A DNA stretch of 61,847 nt, counting the filler, from Dugesia japonica (Eukaryota), in the NCBI GenBank assembly GCA_001938525.1. It is 6 parts of 6 records of this genome, joined end to end, with 100 filler letters (N's around TTAATTAATTAA, not from the genome) between each part and the next. Parts side by side here need not be neighbours in the genome. Positions count along the whole stretch, not along the records: positions 30,541 to 40,070 come from MQRL01618519.1; positions 40,171 to 49,770 come from MQRL01580362.1; positions 49,871 to 61,847 come from MQRL01629596.1; 3 more parts are not named here. One strand, 5' to 3'. Numbering within the stretch: the first letter of the stretch is position 1; each line of letters begins with the position of its first letter. Below the pieces are notes generated by a model. It had not been told where the DNA came from, searched no databases, and saw only the letters and a list, made by a program, of their open reading frames with translations. Below, one piece after another: positions 39,180 through 53,000 of the stretch. Made by a program: the position numbers and the translations under genes.

Positions 39180-39855
39180 CTAAAACTCCATTAGTTTTAC
39201 AAAATAAATGAAGATAATACTTACAGGAGATGATTACAAAAGTGGTAGGCGGAATAATTCGAGGCATAACTTATCTTGATGATATTATGAAATTTACGAA
39301 CAATAAAGTTCAATACTCTGAATTAATTGACATAGTATTCATGGAAATAATGAAAGCTGGTTTAATATTTAATCCAAAAAAGTATACCTTCAAAGCAAAA
39401 TCAATTTTCTTCGTCACATAATTAGCAGTAATGGTGTTAGAATTGATTCATCTAAAATATAAGCAATAAGAACGTTTGGCTGGTTTCTTAGGAATTTTTC
39501 ATTATTACAGGAGGTTTAAAGAAAACTATTTAAAGAAAATCAAGGATCTTAGAACAATTATGTGGCGTACCAAGCAACAAAAAGCTAGAATAGACAAATG
39601 AAATAAACGATACTTTTGAGGGTCTGAAAAAATCTCTAATGACTGCACGAATACTATGCCAGTTTCAATGCAATTGAAGTAGTAATGTCACAGACAGATA
39701 AAGGATGAGAATGAAGAGTCATGAAAAAGGTACTTCATCACACAAAAGGAGTTATTGCCTTTTTATTATTTGTGCATGAATTTTAATAAGTACTTGTACG
39801 GTAGTAGATTCACTTTTAATACAGATCATAAAGCTCTAATATTAATAACGACGAA
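39180..39855 (+). mobile_element. Gypsy-like RT/RNase H remnant, interrupted at 39856
   Basis: YLDD, GLIFNPKK, FLGIFHYYRRF, YLYGSRFTFNTDHKAL. Confidence 0.85.
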
Positions 39856-40070
39856 AGTAGTGAGACATGTCAGCATGGCACCACGGGGGAGGTTAACCCC
39901 CATGTGGTGCCGTACGTTTTTTTTTTGTGAAATTTTTTTTTGACGAGAATTTTTTGGCGAGAATTTTTTAGCGAGAATTTTTTTTTTGGCCAGAATTTTT
40001 TTTTTTGGCGAGAATTTTTTTTGCACCATTCGTCTTAAAATTAAAAAGTAAGATAGGAATGTCTCATGAA
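39856..40070 (+). mobile_element. Probable Polinton terminus (TIR start)
   Basis: Starts AGTAGTGAGACATGTC, GC hairpin at 39877-39911, then short tandem repeats (gagaatttttt); cuts the Gypsy frame; runs into the contig end. Confidence 0.65.
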
Positions 40071-40170
40071 NNNNNNNNNNNNNNNNNNNNNNNNNNNNNN
40101 NNNNNNNNNNNNNNTTAATTAATTAANNNNNNNNNNNNNNNNNNNNNNNNNNNNNNNNNNNNNNNNNNNN
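40071..40170. other. Artificial contig spacer
   Basis: N44-TTAATTAATTAA-N44. Confidence 0.97.
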
Positions 40171-40469
40171 TTTCATTTCCAAAATTTATTACAACACAAA
40201 AACACCAAATAAAAATTGACCTAGTAAATCAAATATTAGTTAATCAAATTTACTTCGTTAATTTAGTATATTGCAAATTTTAATAAATAAACGTAACATT
40301 TCAAAAATGTAAAACCAAATAATTTTTATTAAAATAAATTAGTAATTTTAACAGAAATTTAATAATCTAGAAACTAATCTAGAAAATTAAAATTAGAAAT
40401 TTATAACTTAAAAATTTAAAAATCCCAAATTTACAAAAAGTCAAAATAATTAATAATATAACTAATATA

Positions 40470-41735
40470 CGAGGATTGTCTGAAAAGTTTTTAGCCCGAC
40501 CCATTTCCAAACAAATTTTTGATTTTTTGTCAATAGTTTATAAAATTCATTCTTTATTTAGTTATAATAAATCGATCTTTATATTTGTATCATTTAATTA
40601 ATAGTATTATTTTTTGTTTTAGTAAATGACTTAGAATGAATTAAAAAACTTTGAAAAAGTTGAATATCGGGCAGTCATAAAATATCTTTTTTTAAAGGAC
40701 CTAAGCCCAAAATAAATTTATGAAGATATGAGCAGAACATTAAAGAAATCCTGCCGTCATATGCAACAGTGAAAAAGTGGGTATCATCATTTGAGAGAGG
40801 CAAAACAAGCATCCAAGATGAGCCAAGGTCCGGACGACCAATTTCTGCATCATCTCAGGAGAACATTGAAAAAGTACACGAAATGATTCTTGAAAATCGT
40901 CGAATTTCAATCAGAATTATTGCTGAGACCTTAAAGCTATGCAAAGAATGTGTTGGTAAAATCATTCACGAAGATTTGAATATGAATAAGCTTTCTGCAA
41001 AATGGATCCCTAAATGCCTGAATTCTGATAAGAAGCAAAGACGAGTGCAGAGTTCAAAGGTGATTCTGTCACATTTTGCAAGGGATAAAAGTAAATTTAT
41101 TAATCAAATTCTAATCGTCGATGAAACATGGTTCTTTGATCCTGAAACCAAACAACAATCGAATCGCCCCGACCCAGAAAATTCCGAAGACAAAAGTCTG
41201 CATGAAAGTCTTAGCCACTCTTTTCTGGGATTGCAAAGGCATTGTGATAATAGACTTTTTAGAAAAAGGCTAAACTATAAATTCTTAATATTATTCATCT
41301 TTATTGGTCAAAGTTAAAGAAAAATTAAAACAAAAACGACATGGAAAGTTAAGAAACGGTATTCAATTTTTGCAGAACAATGCACCTGCACACACCACCT
41401 TACAGACATTAAATACAATTCAAGATATTGGATTCCAAGTTTTAGAACATACAGCCCATTCTCCTGATTTTGCTCCGTCCGATTATTTTTTGTTTTTATA
41501 TTTGAAAAAAATGTTGAAATGAAAGCATTTCGAAACAAACAATGATGTCATCGAAACTACGAAAGCATGGTTTAAAGCCCAATCTGCGGACTGCTATGAA
41601 GGCATAGCTTCATTAGAAAAAATATGTAATAAGTGTATTAATTGTTTGGGAGAATATATTGAATAAAAATACTGGTTTTCTCTTTTTTGAAATATTTAGT
41701 ATGGGTTAGGCAAAAAACTTTTCAGACACACCTCG
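40470..41735 (+). mobile_element. Mariner (DD34D) transposon, full length, defective
   Basis: TIRs CGAGGATTGTCTGAAAAGTTTTT / AAAAAACTTTTCAGACACACCTCG, TA flanks, 1266 bp. Confidence 0.93.
40636..41666 (+). pseudogene. Mariner transposase
   Basis: DEPRSGRP, KWIPK, VDETW, QNNAPAH, HSPDFAPSDYFLF; frameshifts and stops. Confidence 0.92.
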
Positions 41736-42299
41736 TATTTATATATATAGTGAAACCTTGATATAACGACAGCCTTAGATATTTTCGAAAATTTTCGTTG
41801 ACATTGTTTGAGTACATCTCAATTAACTAAGTTGCCTAACAAAATGTTTTGTTGTACGAGAGCATTAAGGTAATGAAAAAAATAAACAATTCAATTATTA
41901 TTTGATAATTATGTAAACTTTTTTGTCTCAATTCTTTTAGTCTACATATTCTTCGTCAACTTATGGAAAAGTTTTAATATTTTCAAATCAACACAATTTT
42001 TGAAATGATAAATTCATTAGGTTTGAATTAATTTGAAAATTTGGAAACTTTGGAATTGAAAATGTAGGCAGAGGATTTGGAAAAGTTGACAAAAGAGATT
42101 TATACTTTGATTATATTTTACCGAATACAATTATTTATTGCATATGACAAATAATATAATTAATTTTCAAAAGTTTCGCAATATGGAGATGTAATAAAAA
42201 GGAAAAAAGTATATATTTTTCCCAAAAGTCTCTAAATATTTAGTCGTAACATTGACAGTCGCAATTCTTGAGGCAATAATTGGGTAAACGAATTGAGAT

Positions 42300-42575
42300 T
42301 TTGTCTCGAAGAGAGAAGTTATTGTTACTTTCGTCGTAGACAAAAATTAAACTTCTTAAGTTGTCCACAATACATACAGGTCATTAAACATAAATTTTTG
42401 GCATCGCTTATTCAAGGAATGAAACAATCCCAGATCATTGATGTTTAACTCAGGAGATTGAGCGGGCTCGTTCATAACAGTGACTTTTTGAGTTAGATTA
42501 TCACCAAAATTATTTAATTTTTGAACGTTGGTTTTATCAACATTTGAACGCCCATTATCCATTAGGATGAAAATG
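42300..42575 (-). pseudogene. Tc1/mariner-superfamily (DD37D/DD39D-like) transposase fragment
   Basis: MDNGR...EPAQSPELNINDLGLF resembles QDNA...QPxxSPDLNxLDLGxF. Confidence 0.6.
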
Positions 42576-43470
42576 TTTTCTCACCAATACATCAGTCTCC
42601 CAAAAGGTTTGCCATTTTAAAATTCAAAAGTTATCGAAAAGATTTGTGTATGTGTGTGTAATTTGATAAACTGATAATTTGATTAAAATGATAAATTCAT
42701 TATAACTGTAAATTACAAATTTGAAATTTATTACAAATTAAAAATTCATTTTCTATAAATATTTTATTACATAAAAATTTATATCATCGAAATCTCCGTT
42801 TTCAAATATGTAAACTTTTGACTTGAAAAATTTGTAATTTTCCAAAATTTATTTTTTTTCCATTTTAAGATTTTTTATAAATTGATTAAAACCATTTCAC
42901 ATATTACACTATATGATATAAAATAAATCAATAATCATGTCAAGATTCAATCATCGAATAAATTTGTTAGCCCCTAATCAAATATCCAAAAAAGTAACGA
43001 TTATATTACACATGAAGGCAATCAATATGAAGTTATAATTTTCTTTTATTTCTTAATAATAAAAATCAAATTCAATTCCTGACTCACTCTGGAACACTCG
43101 CATACAAGTAAAAAGTCAATAATCACTTAAATAAATGTGTTGGAAATAGTAAACTAATCTACAATAACTGCTAACAGATATTTGAATTAGTTTGGTATGA
43201 AGAACTAGATCCGATTAACCTTGGCTTTTTGTATGAATTACAAGGAGCGTTACAAAATTATGCAAGATAATTTACTCCTCGCAATGCTGTGTATGCCAAA
43301 ATAATTCTGCATATAAATATTAACGCTTCATTGCATGAATATTAAATTTAACTCCTCTTTTTTAATTAAAAACCAAAATAAATTTTGCAAAATATTCTCA
43401 TTTTCAGATTGAAAATTAAAAATAAATTCAAAAATTACTGGCACCTCAGAATAAAGTTGTATTTAATATT

Positions 43471-44267
43471 TCAACTTACATATTTATCCTCATCTAACTG
43501 TTCAGCAACAGGAATATCTCTTTTGTTTTTCAAATAAAACATTTCCAATTTGCTTTTTAGTTGAGCATTTCTGCAGATTGATATGAAGTTGGGTACTAAA
43601 CAATTTACTTGTGGAGGTATTTGTTTGATAATTGTTTTCATTATTGTTTCTAGTTTGTCAATTTTCTTCTTCTGTAAATACATATTCATAATAACAAAAT
43701 GACAAATAAGAAAATCATTATTACATCATTCGAATCACACATCGTATCCATTAGGATATCAACAGCAGTTCTCCCATCAAATTGTTCATTTAAATTTTGA
43801 CATTCCAGAAGAAGAAATTTGAAAACCTTTAAATATCCTTTACGAGCAGCAATGTGAAGAGGAGTTTCAGAATTTTGATTTTTCATTTCATAAAGGCATT
43901 GGTGGTTATCAGTCTTACATAATTTTAAGGGAAATCTTTCACTAGAATATAATATTAAATTGGTTAATAAAGTTTCTCCGTTTTGAAGTAGTTTTGGACA
44001 AGTGATTTGATATTGAAGAAATCTTTCAAATATTTCATCTTTTTCATTTTGTGCGGCAGTAAACAAAGATTCCTCAACAATCGACTCAACGAATCTCTCA
44101 CCAGACAATTCAAGAATAAATTCGATCAGTTCTAATTGAGAATTTACGATGTATTCCAATAACAAATTTCTTTTAAATTCATGATCTTGTAAATCGAAAA
44201 CAATTTTCAATAATTCAGGCCATTGTCTTTGATACAATTCGAGAATATCTTCAGTTTCAATGTTCAC
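43471..44267 (-). CDS. Host ankyrin-repeat gene, two exons joined by a 53-bp phase-0 intron (43672-43724); partial
   Basis: ETPLHIAARKGYLKVFKFLL ankyrin repeat; a GT...TTTACAG intron joins the two ORFs in frame; next donor GTAAGT at ~43479. Confidence 0.7.
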
Positions 44268-44786
44268 ATGTTGACATTGATTTAAGATGACGCTTAGAGT
44301 GCTATAATAAATAATTATTCATTTATTCATTTGATTATCAAATTATTAATTTGCTAAAGTTTTTGTTTCCATTAAATATTTATTATTTACATATTTTATG
44401 TATTATTTTCCCTATTTACATTTATACAATATTTATTATTTTTATTATTTGTATGAGTAGAGCTACAGAAAAAAGTAAACGTAGATAATGTTAACTTTAA
44501 TGAAATAATTATTAATTAATGATTTCAGCCAATAGAAAGCGATTAAATTGAATACTAATATTTTATTAGTTCTCTTATCATATAATAATTTAATTGAGAT
44601 CTGTTTTGAGAGTGAAATAAAGTATGTCTAAAAATATTAGTTGTGATTAGGAAAATGGATTATCAATTGAAGATTTACCTAACAATAACAAACAGATAAT
44701 ACACCAGACTATACAGAATAGAATACGAGAAATAAAAAGTTGCATATGTAAAAAGTTAGGTAGTTAAAGCAGAAATTGCCTAACAT

Positions 44787-45720
44787 GATGGCAGCAGTCA
44801 CAGATTCAGTTACGGAAAGTTTATTATCGAAAATATTTTGCATAGATGATCTAGAAAGATTTATCAATCGAAGCAAATTTTATTTCGAAGCTAAAAATAT
44901 TTCAAACAGAATAGAGCAAAGAAGATCGGTCTGATGTATGTTCGATAAAGACTCACTTGTCACATGCAAAAACCTTTTTTGAAGGAAAAAGAAAAGACAT
45001 CAAAGAATCTAAAAATCTGATAAAATTATAGATGAGATAATGAATGCATCAAAATTTTCTTCAAAAGAGAAGATGTTTTGGTCGATCAATTCTTCTGAAA
45101 TACTGGGTCGGCTAGAAAGAAAGTTGTCTCAGAAAGCAAGAAAATAACATACATTAAAGAAACTCTATCTTTATTGGAGAAATTAGAAAGAAATAACCTA
45201 GTTGCGTAATGATGAGTTTGGCAGGAGTAACGCGTGGATAAATTGATATAAACAAGGAAAGAAACTTCGAAAGACGTCTAAACTTTTAAGAAGTATCCCA
45301 AAAATGCACAAGTAGAATTCTTGACTTGCTAAAGGAAAGGTCATACAAGAAAAACTTTTCTAGACAAGAAACATCCAAGACGTTTTAGTTAAGGTAAGAT
45401 TGGTCACATCAGAAGATTTCGCACAAATATTATATGCAGAACATCAACAATGGAAGACAAGAGATGAGAGAAATAGAGAACGAAAAAACTTATTGGATTC
45501 GTAATAAACAAATACATTCTAGTGAAAAAGATGAAGACGAGGAGCTATTTTTTGAAAACATAATAGAAGACTTATATCTAAGAAGGAGCCTTAAAGGCTC
45601 CACTAGTCAAAGAATTTGTCGGATCCATTCATTAAATAATATACTGATTAAGAGTATATCTCAAGAGACCGAGAAATGAGATCAGATGAGTAAATTTGGA
45701 GGGAAAGATTATAGATTCTT
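44787..45720 (+). mobile_element. Decayed LTR-retrotransposon gag region
   Basis: PBS-like TGGCAGCAG; two degenerate CCHC knuckles (TC*RKGH, GKIGH). Confidence 0.4.
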
Positions 45721-46149
45721 AAAAAGGAAATTTAACAGGAATTGTTAGTAATTGATAGAATATTATAATGAATTCTTATTAGGTATTATGTAATGATAAT
45801 TATAAAACGAATTATGTGATAATAATTCTTCAAATAATACAAATCATTGTAATTCCTTGATTTAACTTTCTTTTTCCTCTTCATAGATATCTCCTATCAA
45901 ATTTAAAAATTATTATTATCATCATCAAAATAATAAACTCTCAAAGATCAGAAAGGCATTACTGCACATTACAAATAATTATTGTAGAAACGTAAAATCC
46001 AATTTGAATGATAATTTAATTATAAAATGATGATATTAAATCGTCATCAAATTATAAAACAATAACGAGTATAAACTTTTACCAGAGCTACTGATAATAT
46101 TTAATAAATATTTGCACAAATTATCACGATAAATAATCAATTATTTACT

Positions 46150-46612
46150 TGCGAGAATTAGTTCTCATTGCGCACCGGAAAACCGAAAGTCCTTCAACAT
46201 TCAAATAGTTGATATCAGCTTGATAATTTCTCAAAATTTGAACTGTTTCGATAAATCCTTCCTTTAAAATTACTAATAAAATTAAATAGGAGTTTATCCA
46301 ACCATTTCCCAGCAATTCTCTGTAGATTCTAGAAATGCAGAATGTAGAGGTGTGTTTCCTTTTTGATTAACAATATTTACAGAGATTCCTTTCTCAATCA
46401 ATTGNNNNNNNNNNNNNNNNNNNNNNNNNNNNNNNNNNNNNNNNNNNNNNNNNNAGCAACGAATCACCTTCATTGTTGATATAATTACATGTTTGATTAT
46501 TTATTTTGGCAAGCATCGAAGGTAGAATAGTTCGGTGCAATTTCAAGGAAAGTGTGACAGATGTTTCAATATTATTCAGAGGAGTTATTGCCATTTTGGA
46601 TATATTGTCCAT
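46150..46612 (-). pseudogene. Ankyrin-repeat coding remnant
   Basis: LIEKGISVNIVNQKGNTPLHSA and ILRNYQADINYLNVEGLS; contains stop, frameshift and N gap. Confidence 0.55.
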
Positions 46613-46787
46613 TGAATCTGTTTATTTTATTGAGAATATTGAGAATATTATTATGATGAATCTTACTGATCTGTTGGATCTGAAATATTTTATTAATAAT
46701 TAAATTATAATATTTTTGTAGATCCACACAAATTTATTTCAAATAAATTTTGTGTGGAAGTTTGTAATTCAGTAAAATAGGAGAAAC

Positions 46788-47125
46788 AAATATTGATGAT
46801 TTCTCAATCAAATAAAAGAAATTCATTATTTTCTATTGATTAATGGACAAATATAATTGTGGAAAATGTCAAAAAAAAAACAACCAATAGGAAAATATTA
46901 GAAATAAATATTTCTGATTTCTCAATTAAATAAACAATTCATTATTTTCTATTGATCAATAAACAAATAGAATTGTGGAAAATGTCAAAAACAACAACCA
47001 ATAGGAAAATATTAGAAATAAATATTGATGATTTCTCAATCAAATAAAAGAAATTCATTATTTTCTATTGATTAATGGACAAATATAATTGTGGAAAATN
47101 NNAAAAAAAAACAACCAATAGGAAA
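46788..47125. repeat. Tandem repeat, ~115-119 bp x ~3
   Basis: Unit aaatattgatgatttctcaat...caaccaataggaaaa repeated. Confidence 0.9.
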
Positions 47126-47652
47126 AGCGTTTACAATTGTGTGTTATGCAAAGAAGTAGATAAATGATAGGTCTTGTCTAGATAATGATACCAGACAAAA
47201 TGTAGAACAATATTCATCAAACAATATGAAATGAGTAAATGTGGAAAACAGAATCATCAAAATAAAATACATTAACAGAAGGACAGAAAATTGTACTTAC
47301 TTGGACTGGCATGAAAATATCAGCGCATCTCTCTACCAAAAAAGAAATCTGTTGTTCATCTTTGTTGATTACTGCTAAATGTAAGGGAGTAAATCCATAC
47401 TAGCAATATTTAGTTATCAAATTATGAAAACTATTAAACATTTCATACGCAATCCTTCTGATCGACCAAAGCATTTGGATTGATAAATGCAAGTGCGCTG
47501 TTCATTATTTTGTTCTCTAGTGCAATGTGCAATGGAGTTTGGTTAAACTGGAATTAAATTTAAATAAATATTCTACAAATAATTAGATTGTTTTAGCAAT
47601 CAATCCGCGATCCAGTATTCAATGTGATATCGCAACGAGAAATATTTGAAAA

Positions 47653-48548
47653 CAGGGCTTTGGAGCGGATCACGAAACACAAGGTTTTCTTGGAGCTGGA
47701 GCGGAGATCGGAGCACAATAATATTGATTGCTGCACTGTTCCAGTATATTAAAAAAATACATTAAGTACTAAATACATGAAATACTAGATATACTAAACT
47801 AGTATATACATACATTGCGTACTTGAATTTCCTTGCTGGAGTTTATGTCAATCCACGCTATAGGATTTTACTAAGTTCGTCGCAAAATTCGAAAGATAAA
47901 GAAGGACTTTTAGATATTACCCAAAGGCTTGACGTACAAAATATCCTTCGACGTTTCAATAAATTGCAATCAAGTGAAGAACTACAATTAGTGACAGTCG
48001 AATTAGATCTACAAGAAAATGATAGTCATTGCCATAGGCATCAATTTTTCAGAACATTATGATTTTGAGAAAGAGCTTGATAAGCAGGAAAAACGTAGGA
48101 AAATCTCAGAAATACAAAATTTCAACGAAGAGTTTGAAAGATCTTATAATGAAGATTATGAGATCATGGAGGAAATAAATAGGCTCAAAGTTAAATCAGT
48201 CTTCGGGACAATTGATAATTATCCGTAATGAATTCAAGATGCATGTCGAGAAACTATTTTCAGAAACTATTTGAATGACTTAAGACAATCGATAAAACAA
48301 GACTAATTCTCAGCAGTTTTATTTCATAGAATAAATAACGAAAATTGATATTGTTTGTGTGTAATTAGTGCATATATGTAACGACTTGAAATAAAGTTTA
48401 TTTAATTTACAGTAAAAACCTTTATCTCTTTCAACTTTTGAAGATTTGTAATTTGTATAAATTTTCCTTGGAGCATGGAGCGGAGCCGGAGCATGGGTGT
48501 AGTGCCGGAGCGGAGCAAAATCAAAAATTGGACTGCCTCGAAACCCTG
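47653..48548 (+). mobile_element. hAT deletion derivative with transposase 3' remnant
   Basis: CAGGG...CCCTG ends, GGAGC subterminal repeats, 8-bp flanks TTTGAAAA / TTTAAAAA, AGVYVNPRY (LDPR-like). Confidence 0.8.
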
Positions 48549-49698
48549 TTTAAAAATGCATTTGTATCAATATAGATTGAAAAAGTGACAGAAAAAGTGA
48601 TCCTATAGGTTGATGAACGCTCTATATTGAGTTACAAAGAAAGAAAACTCAAAAATGTGTTATTTTAAACAAAAATCATTAATTCTACTTAATTTAAACA
48701 AAGATTTTAAATTATAAACTATTGCATAATAATTAAAAGATCTCTTATGACATCAATCGACTAAACGTAACTATACATCTCATTACATAACTATTGCGTT
48801 ATATGTCACTTATGTCAACAGGAGATGATACAATGTATTCATATCTACCTACTTATGTATTATTATGTATGTATTTCAATATACATCATAGATATGAGTG
48901 AAAGATAATTATTTAATTTTGTTCTTAAATTTAAATAAAATAATGTTTCAAATCAATGTTTCGAATCAATCACAAAAAAACCAAAAATATTTTTGATCGA
49001 AGCTTTTATTTTAAATGAATTCTAAAAAACGATCAATGGTTGCGTCCAACAATTATTCTCGCAATAATTGCAATTGTAAAAAAATAATGTTCAATCAAAA
49101 ATTATTGAAGAAAATTAATTTTATAGAAAAGATTTCTGGACATGAGGCTGCTGAATCGTTGCTACGCCATTATTCTCATAGCAGATGCAGAGTTTGACAG
49201 AATTGAAACAGATTTATCAAAAAGATGATAATCAATCTTAATTTACGTACAATATTAAAACATGAAATTATATATTGTACAAGTTGGCCACCACTTCTTT
49301 GATTGTTGTAAAAAAAATTAAAGATTATTTGGATAATATGGAAGAAGATTCTTGTTAATAACAGATCACAAAATCAATCTGCACAGTGAAAACATGCAAG
49401 GTTATTACACAACAGAATTAGACACAGAAGAGTCCTTTACTCTTACACTTTTTGCAAACAGAAGGATATTAAAATAAAAATATTTTTAATTAAATATTAA
49501 TTATTTTTAATTAATTGATTAAATATTTATGAATGACGAATTTTTCAAAGAAAAACCATAAATATGTTTATACCATATGAAAATTTGATTGGTCCCACAT
49601 CAACTAATTACTTTTAATTAAGAAGACAAGATTCAGGATCGAATCCAAACAAATTATAATAGTCTTATTTTCTTTATGAATTTTCAGCAATCCTCATT

Positions 49699-49770
49699 AG
49701 TAGTGAGACATGTCCGCACTGAACCTCCACTTTTCTACCCCCCCTCCCCCCCTGTTACTAAAAATAGATT
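49699..49770 (+). mobile_element. Probable Polinton terminus (TIR start)
   Basis: First 16 bp identical to 39856-39871; C-rich tract follows; runs into the contig end. Confidence 0.55.
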
Positions 49771-49870
49771 NNNNNNNNNNNNNNNNNNNNNNNNNNNNNN
49801 NNNNNNNNNNNNNNTTAATTAATTAANNNNNNNNNNNNNNNNNNNNNNNNNNNNNNNNNNNNNNNNNNNN
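49771..49870. other. Artificial contig spacer
   Basis: N44-TTAATTAATTAA-N44. Confidence 0.97.
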
Positions 49871-50033
49871 TGTAAAATGACAAATGAGAAATTTTAAACC
49901 ATAAACGAAAATATGTTAAATGACAAATGAGAAATCTTAAATCATAAATGAAAATATGTTAAATGTCAAGTGTCAAATGTAAAATGACAAATGAAAATAT
50001 GTTATTTTTTTGAATCTGTTTTGAGTGCAAATG
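49871..50033 (+). repeat. Left TIR (outer ~55 bp lost in the gap)
   Basis: Reverse complement of 61621-61776, with a different number of internal repeats. Confidence 0.9.
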
Positions 50034-50095
50034 TAAAATCATAAAATCGATTACCCTCTTTTAAGAAGGCTGTGATTAAATTAATTATTTATTAA

Positions 50096-53000
50096 ATGAG
50101 TGAAATATTTGAATGTAGTAATTGTAAAAAAATATTTAAAAATAAAGCGGGTTTATCAAGTCATGTAAAATTTCGAACTTGTGTTATTCCATTAGGAAAA
50201 ATTAAATGTCCAAAACCGGGGTGTAATAAATGGTTTAATACAGAAAATGGTGTAAGAGAACATTTAAATTCTACATGCTGTGGAAATTCAGAAATTGCAC
50301 CTTTAACATGTTTAATTTGTAATAAATCATTTAAATTACAAAACCTTGCAAAAGCACATTACAATTCTAATTCACACAAAGAAAAATTAAATGTAACATT
50401 ATTTAATGAATTACCTAAAGAAGAAGCAATTGAATATGATGCTGAAATTCGTGATATCTTCAGAATGTATAAAAATTATAAAATTAAATATTTTAAGGAA
50501 AGCAAAGTTGAAATGATAAAAAAGGTTGATGGAATAATTCAAGATATTAATATTTATAAAAATGAAGTTAAAGAAATTATAAAGAAATATTTTAGATATG
50601 GAAAAAAAATTATTGTTAGTATTTCAGCAAAATGTAAATATGAAAAAACAATAAATAATGAACCCGTTGAAAAAGAATTTGAGTCATATTCAAATAATAA
50701 AAAATTTATAATTGAAATTGATATATCAAACGGTGTTAATGAAATGTTTACTCAATTAGAAAATTATATTCAAGATTCAGAAAGAGAAGGATCTGGATGG
50801 GCATTAAAAAATATTGTGGAATATAAAATTGAATTAAGTAAATACCAATCATTAGTTGGAGCTACATATTGTAAATTACCATTCTCTAAACCGGGTGTAA
50901 TCAATATAAAAATGAAGATAATAAATGTTTTCTTTATTGTATTTTAGCTCATAAATATATATTTGAAAAACCAACACGAGTAAATAATTACATTGAACAT
51001 TTAGATGAATTAAATTATTCTGGATTAAATTTCCCAATAAATGTTAGTGATGTAAAAAATTTTGAGATGATGAATAATTGGCAAGTAAATGTTTTTGGAG
51101 TAACTCCTGGAAAAATACTTGAACTATTATACATTTCACATCATAAATCAAAACCATCACCAGAAGAAAATAAATGTAACTTGTTAATTTATAAAAATCA
51201 TTATATTTTGTGTAGAGATTTAAATTTATTTTTTACAACAAATAATAATCAAAATTATTTATGTGTTAGATGTATGAATTGTTATTCCACTGAAGAATTA
51301 TTAAATAAACATCTAGATCTTTGTATTAATCACAAACCCAATAAAATTAATTTACCAAAAGAAGAATATTATAAATTTAAAAAATATTATCAAAAAAATA
51401 AAATTCCATTTTTCATTTGTGGAGATTTTGAAGCATGGACAGATACAAACACAAATAAACAAAAATCTTTATCAATTGGTATTTACTTAAAATCTGATTA
51501 TCCAGATTTAATGGAAAATAAATATTATGAATTTTCAGGAGAAAATGCTCTTGAAGATATGTTTAAGTTTTTAAAGAGGATTGATGAAAAATTAAATGAC
51601 ATTAAAAATATAAATTAATAAAAAATTACACAGGAACAAATCATCCCGAATTTGATGAAGAAATGAAATGTAGATATTGTGATGAAAAAATTATTGATCC
51701 AGTTATTGATCATAATCATTTAAATGGTGAATTTCGAGGATGGGTATGTAGAGAATGTAATCTTAAAGATAAATCATGTGGAGATAATTTATTTATACCA
51801 TTTTATTTTCATAATTTATCAGGATATGATGCCTATTTATTTTTCACAGAATTATTAATAAAATTTCCAAGAAAAGTTTCAAAAATAATTCCTCATAGTA
51901 GTGAAAATTATATTTTATTCTATTTTAGAAATATTAGATTTTTAGATTCCAATAGATTAATTCCATTTCCATCAGTAGAAAAAATGGGGGAATTATTAAC
52001 TCAATCATGTAATTATCCAATTCGTAAAAAAGCTATATTTCCATATGAATATGTAAAAGGGAAAAATATTCAAGAAGTTAAAGAATTATTAAAATCAGAT
52101 CAAACACCAACAAAAGAAGATTTTTTCAATACATTAAAACAAAAAGAATTATCCGATCGAGATTATCAAACATTTTTAAATAACTTCGAACAATATGAAA
52201 ACATGCGGAAATACACACTTCATTATATGAAACTTGATGTTTTAATTCTTTCAGATTATATAGAAGATTTTAGAAATAAATGGATGAATGGAATTTTTAA
52301 TTTGGATCCATGTTTTTCATATTCAATGCCAGGATATGCATGGGAAGTTGGAACTTATTATTCACAAGTAAAATTAAAATATGCGAAACCTGAAACTTAT
52401 GATATTTTCTTAGCATGTGAAGAAGGAGTTAGAGGTGGAGTTGCAACTGAATTAAGTGAAAGACAAGTTTATGCTCATGATAATATTAAAAATCCATATA
52501 CAAGACAAGTAAATAAAGCACAGTTTGAAGATTTAATAAAAATGATGAATTCTAACCAAGAAATTCCAGATTATTATTTCCAAGAGACATTTATAAAATA
52601 TATTGATGAAAATAGTTTATATGCAAGTTGTATGACAAAACCACTTCCAACAGGTGAAATATCTGAAGACACAAATTTAATATATGAAAAAGAAACTGAT
52701 ACAACAAATTATATTTATGTTGTGGATTTAGAATATCCACCAGAGATTCATAAGAAAACAAGATATTTTCCATTAGCACCAGAAAGAATAAATATCACAG
52801 AAGATATGTTAGGTAATTATCAAAAAAGTTTTGGTAGAAAATTACCAAAAGAAAATATAAAACTAACACTAAACCAATTCAATAAAAAAAATTATGTAAC
52901 ACTAGGATCAACATTAGATTTATATCTTCAATTAGGAATGAAGATAACAAAAATGCATAAGAAATATAAAATGGAAACATCTACATGGTTTAAAAATTAT

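Noticed and set aside
43500-43620. SOCS box after the ankyrin repeats
   Set aside because: VPNFISICR is only a weak match to the BC-box consensus.
49699-49870. AGTAGT terminus as the missing left end of the 49871-61831 Polinton
   Set aside because: It is across an artificial spacer, and its sequence (AGTAGTGAGAC) differs from the element's own right end (AGTAGATGTAT).
51600-51665. Programmed frameshifting or stop readthrough in pPolB
   Set aside because: Lesions are scattered over nearly all genes of the element, which fits neutral decay or sequencing error.
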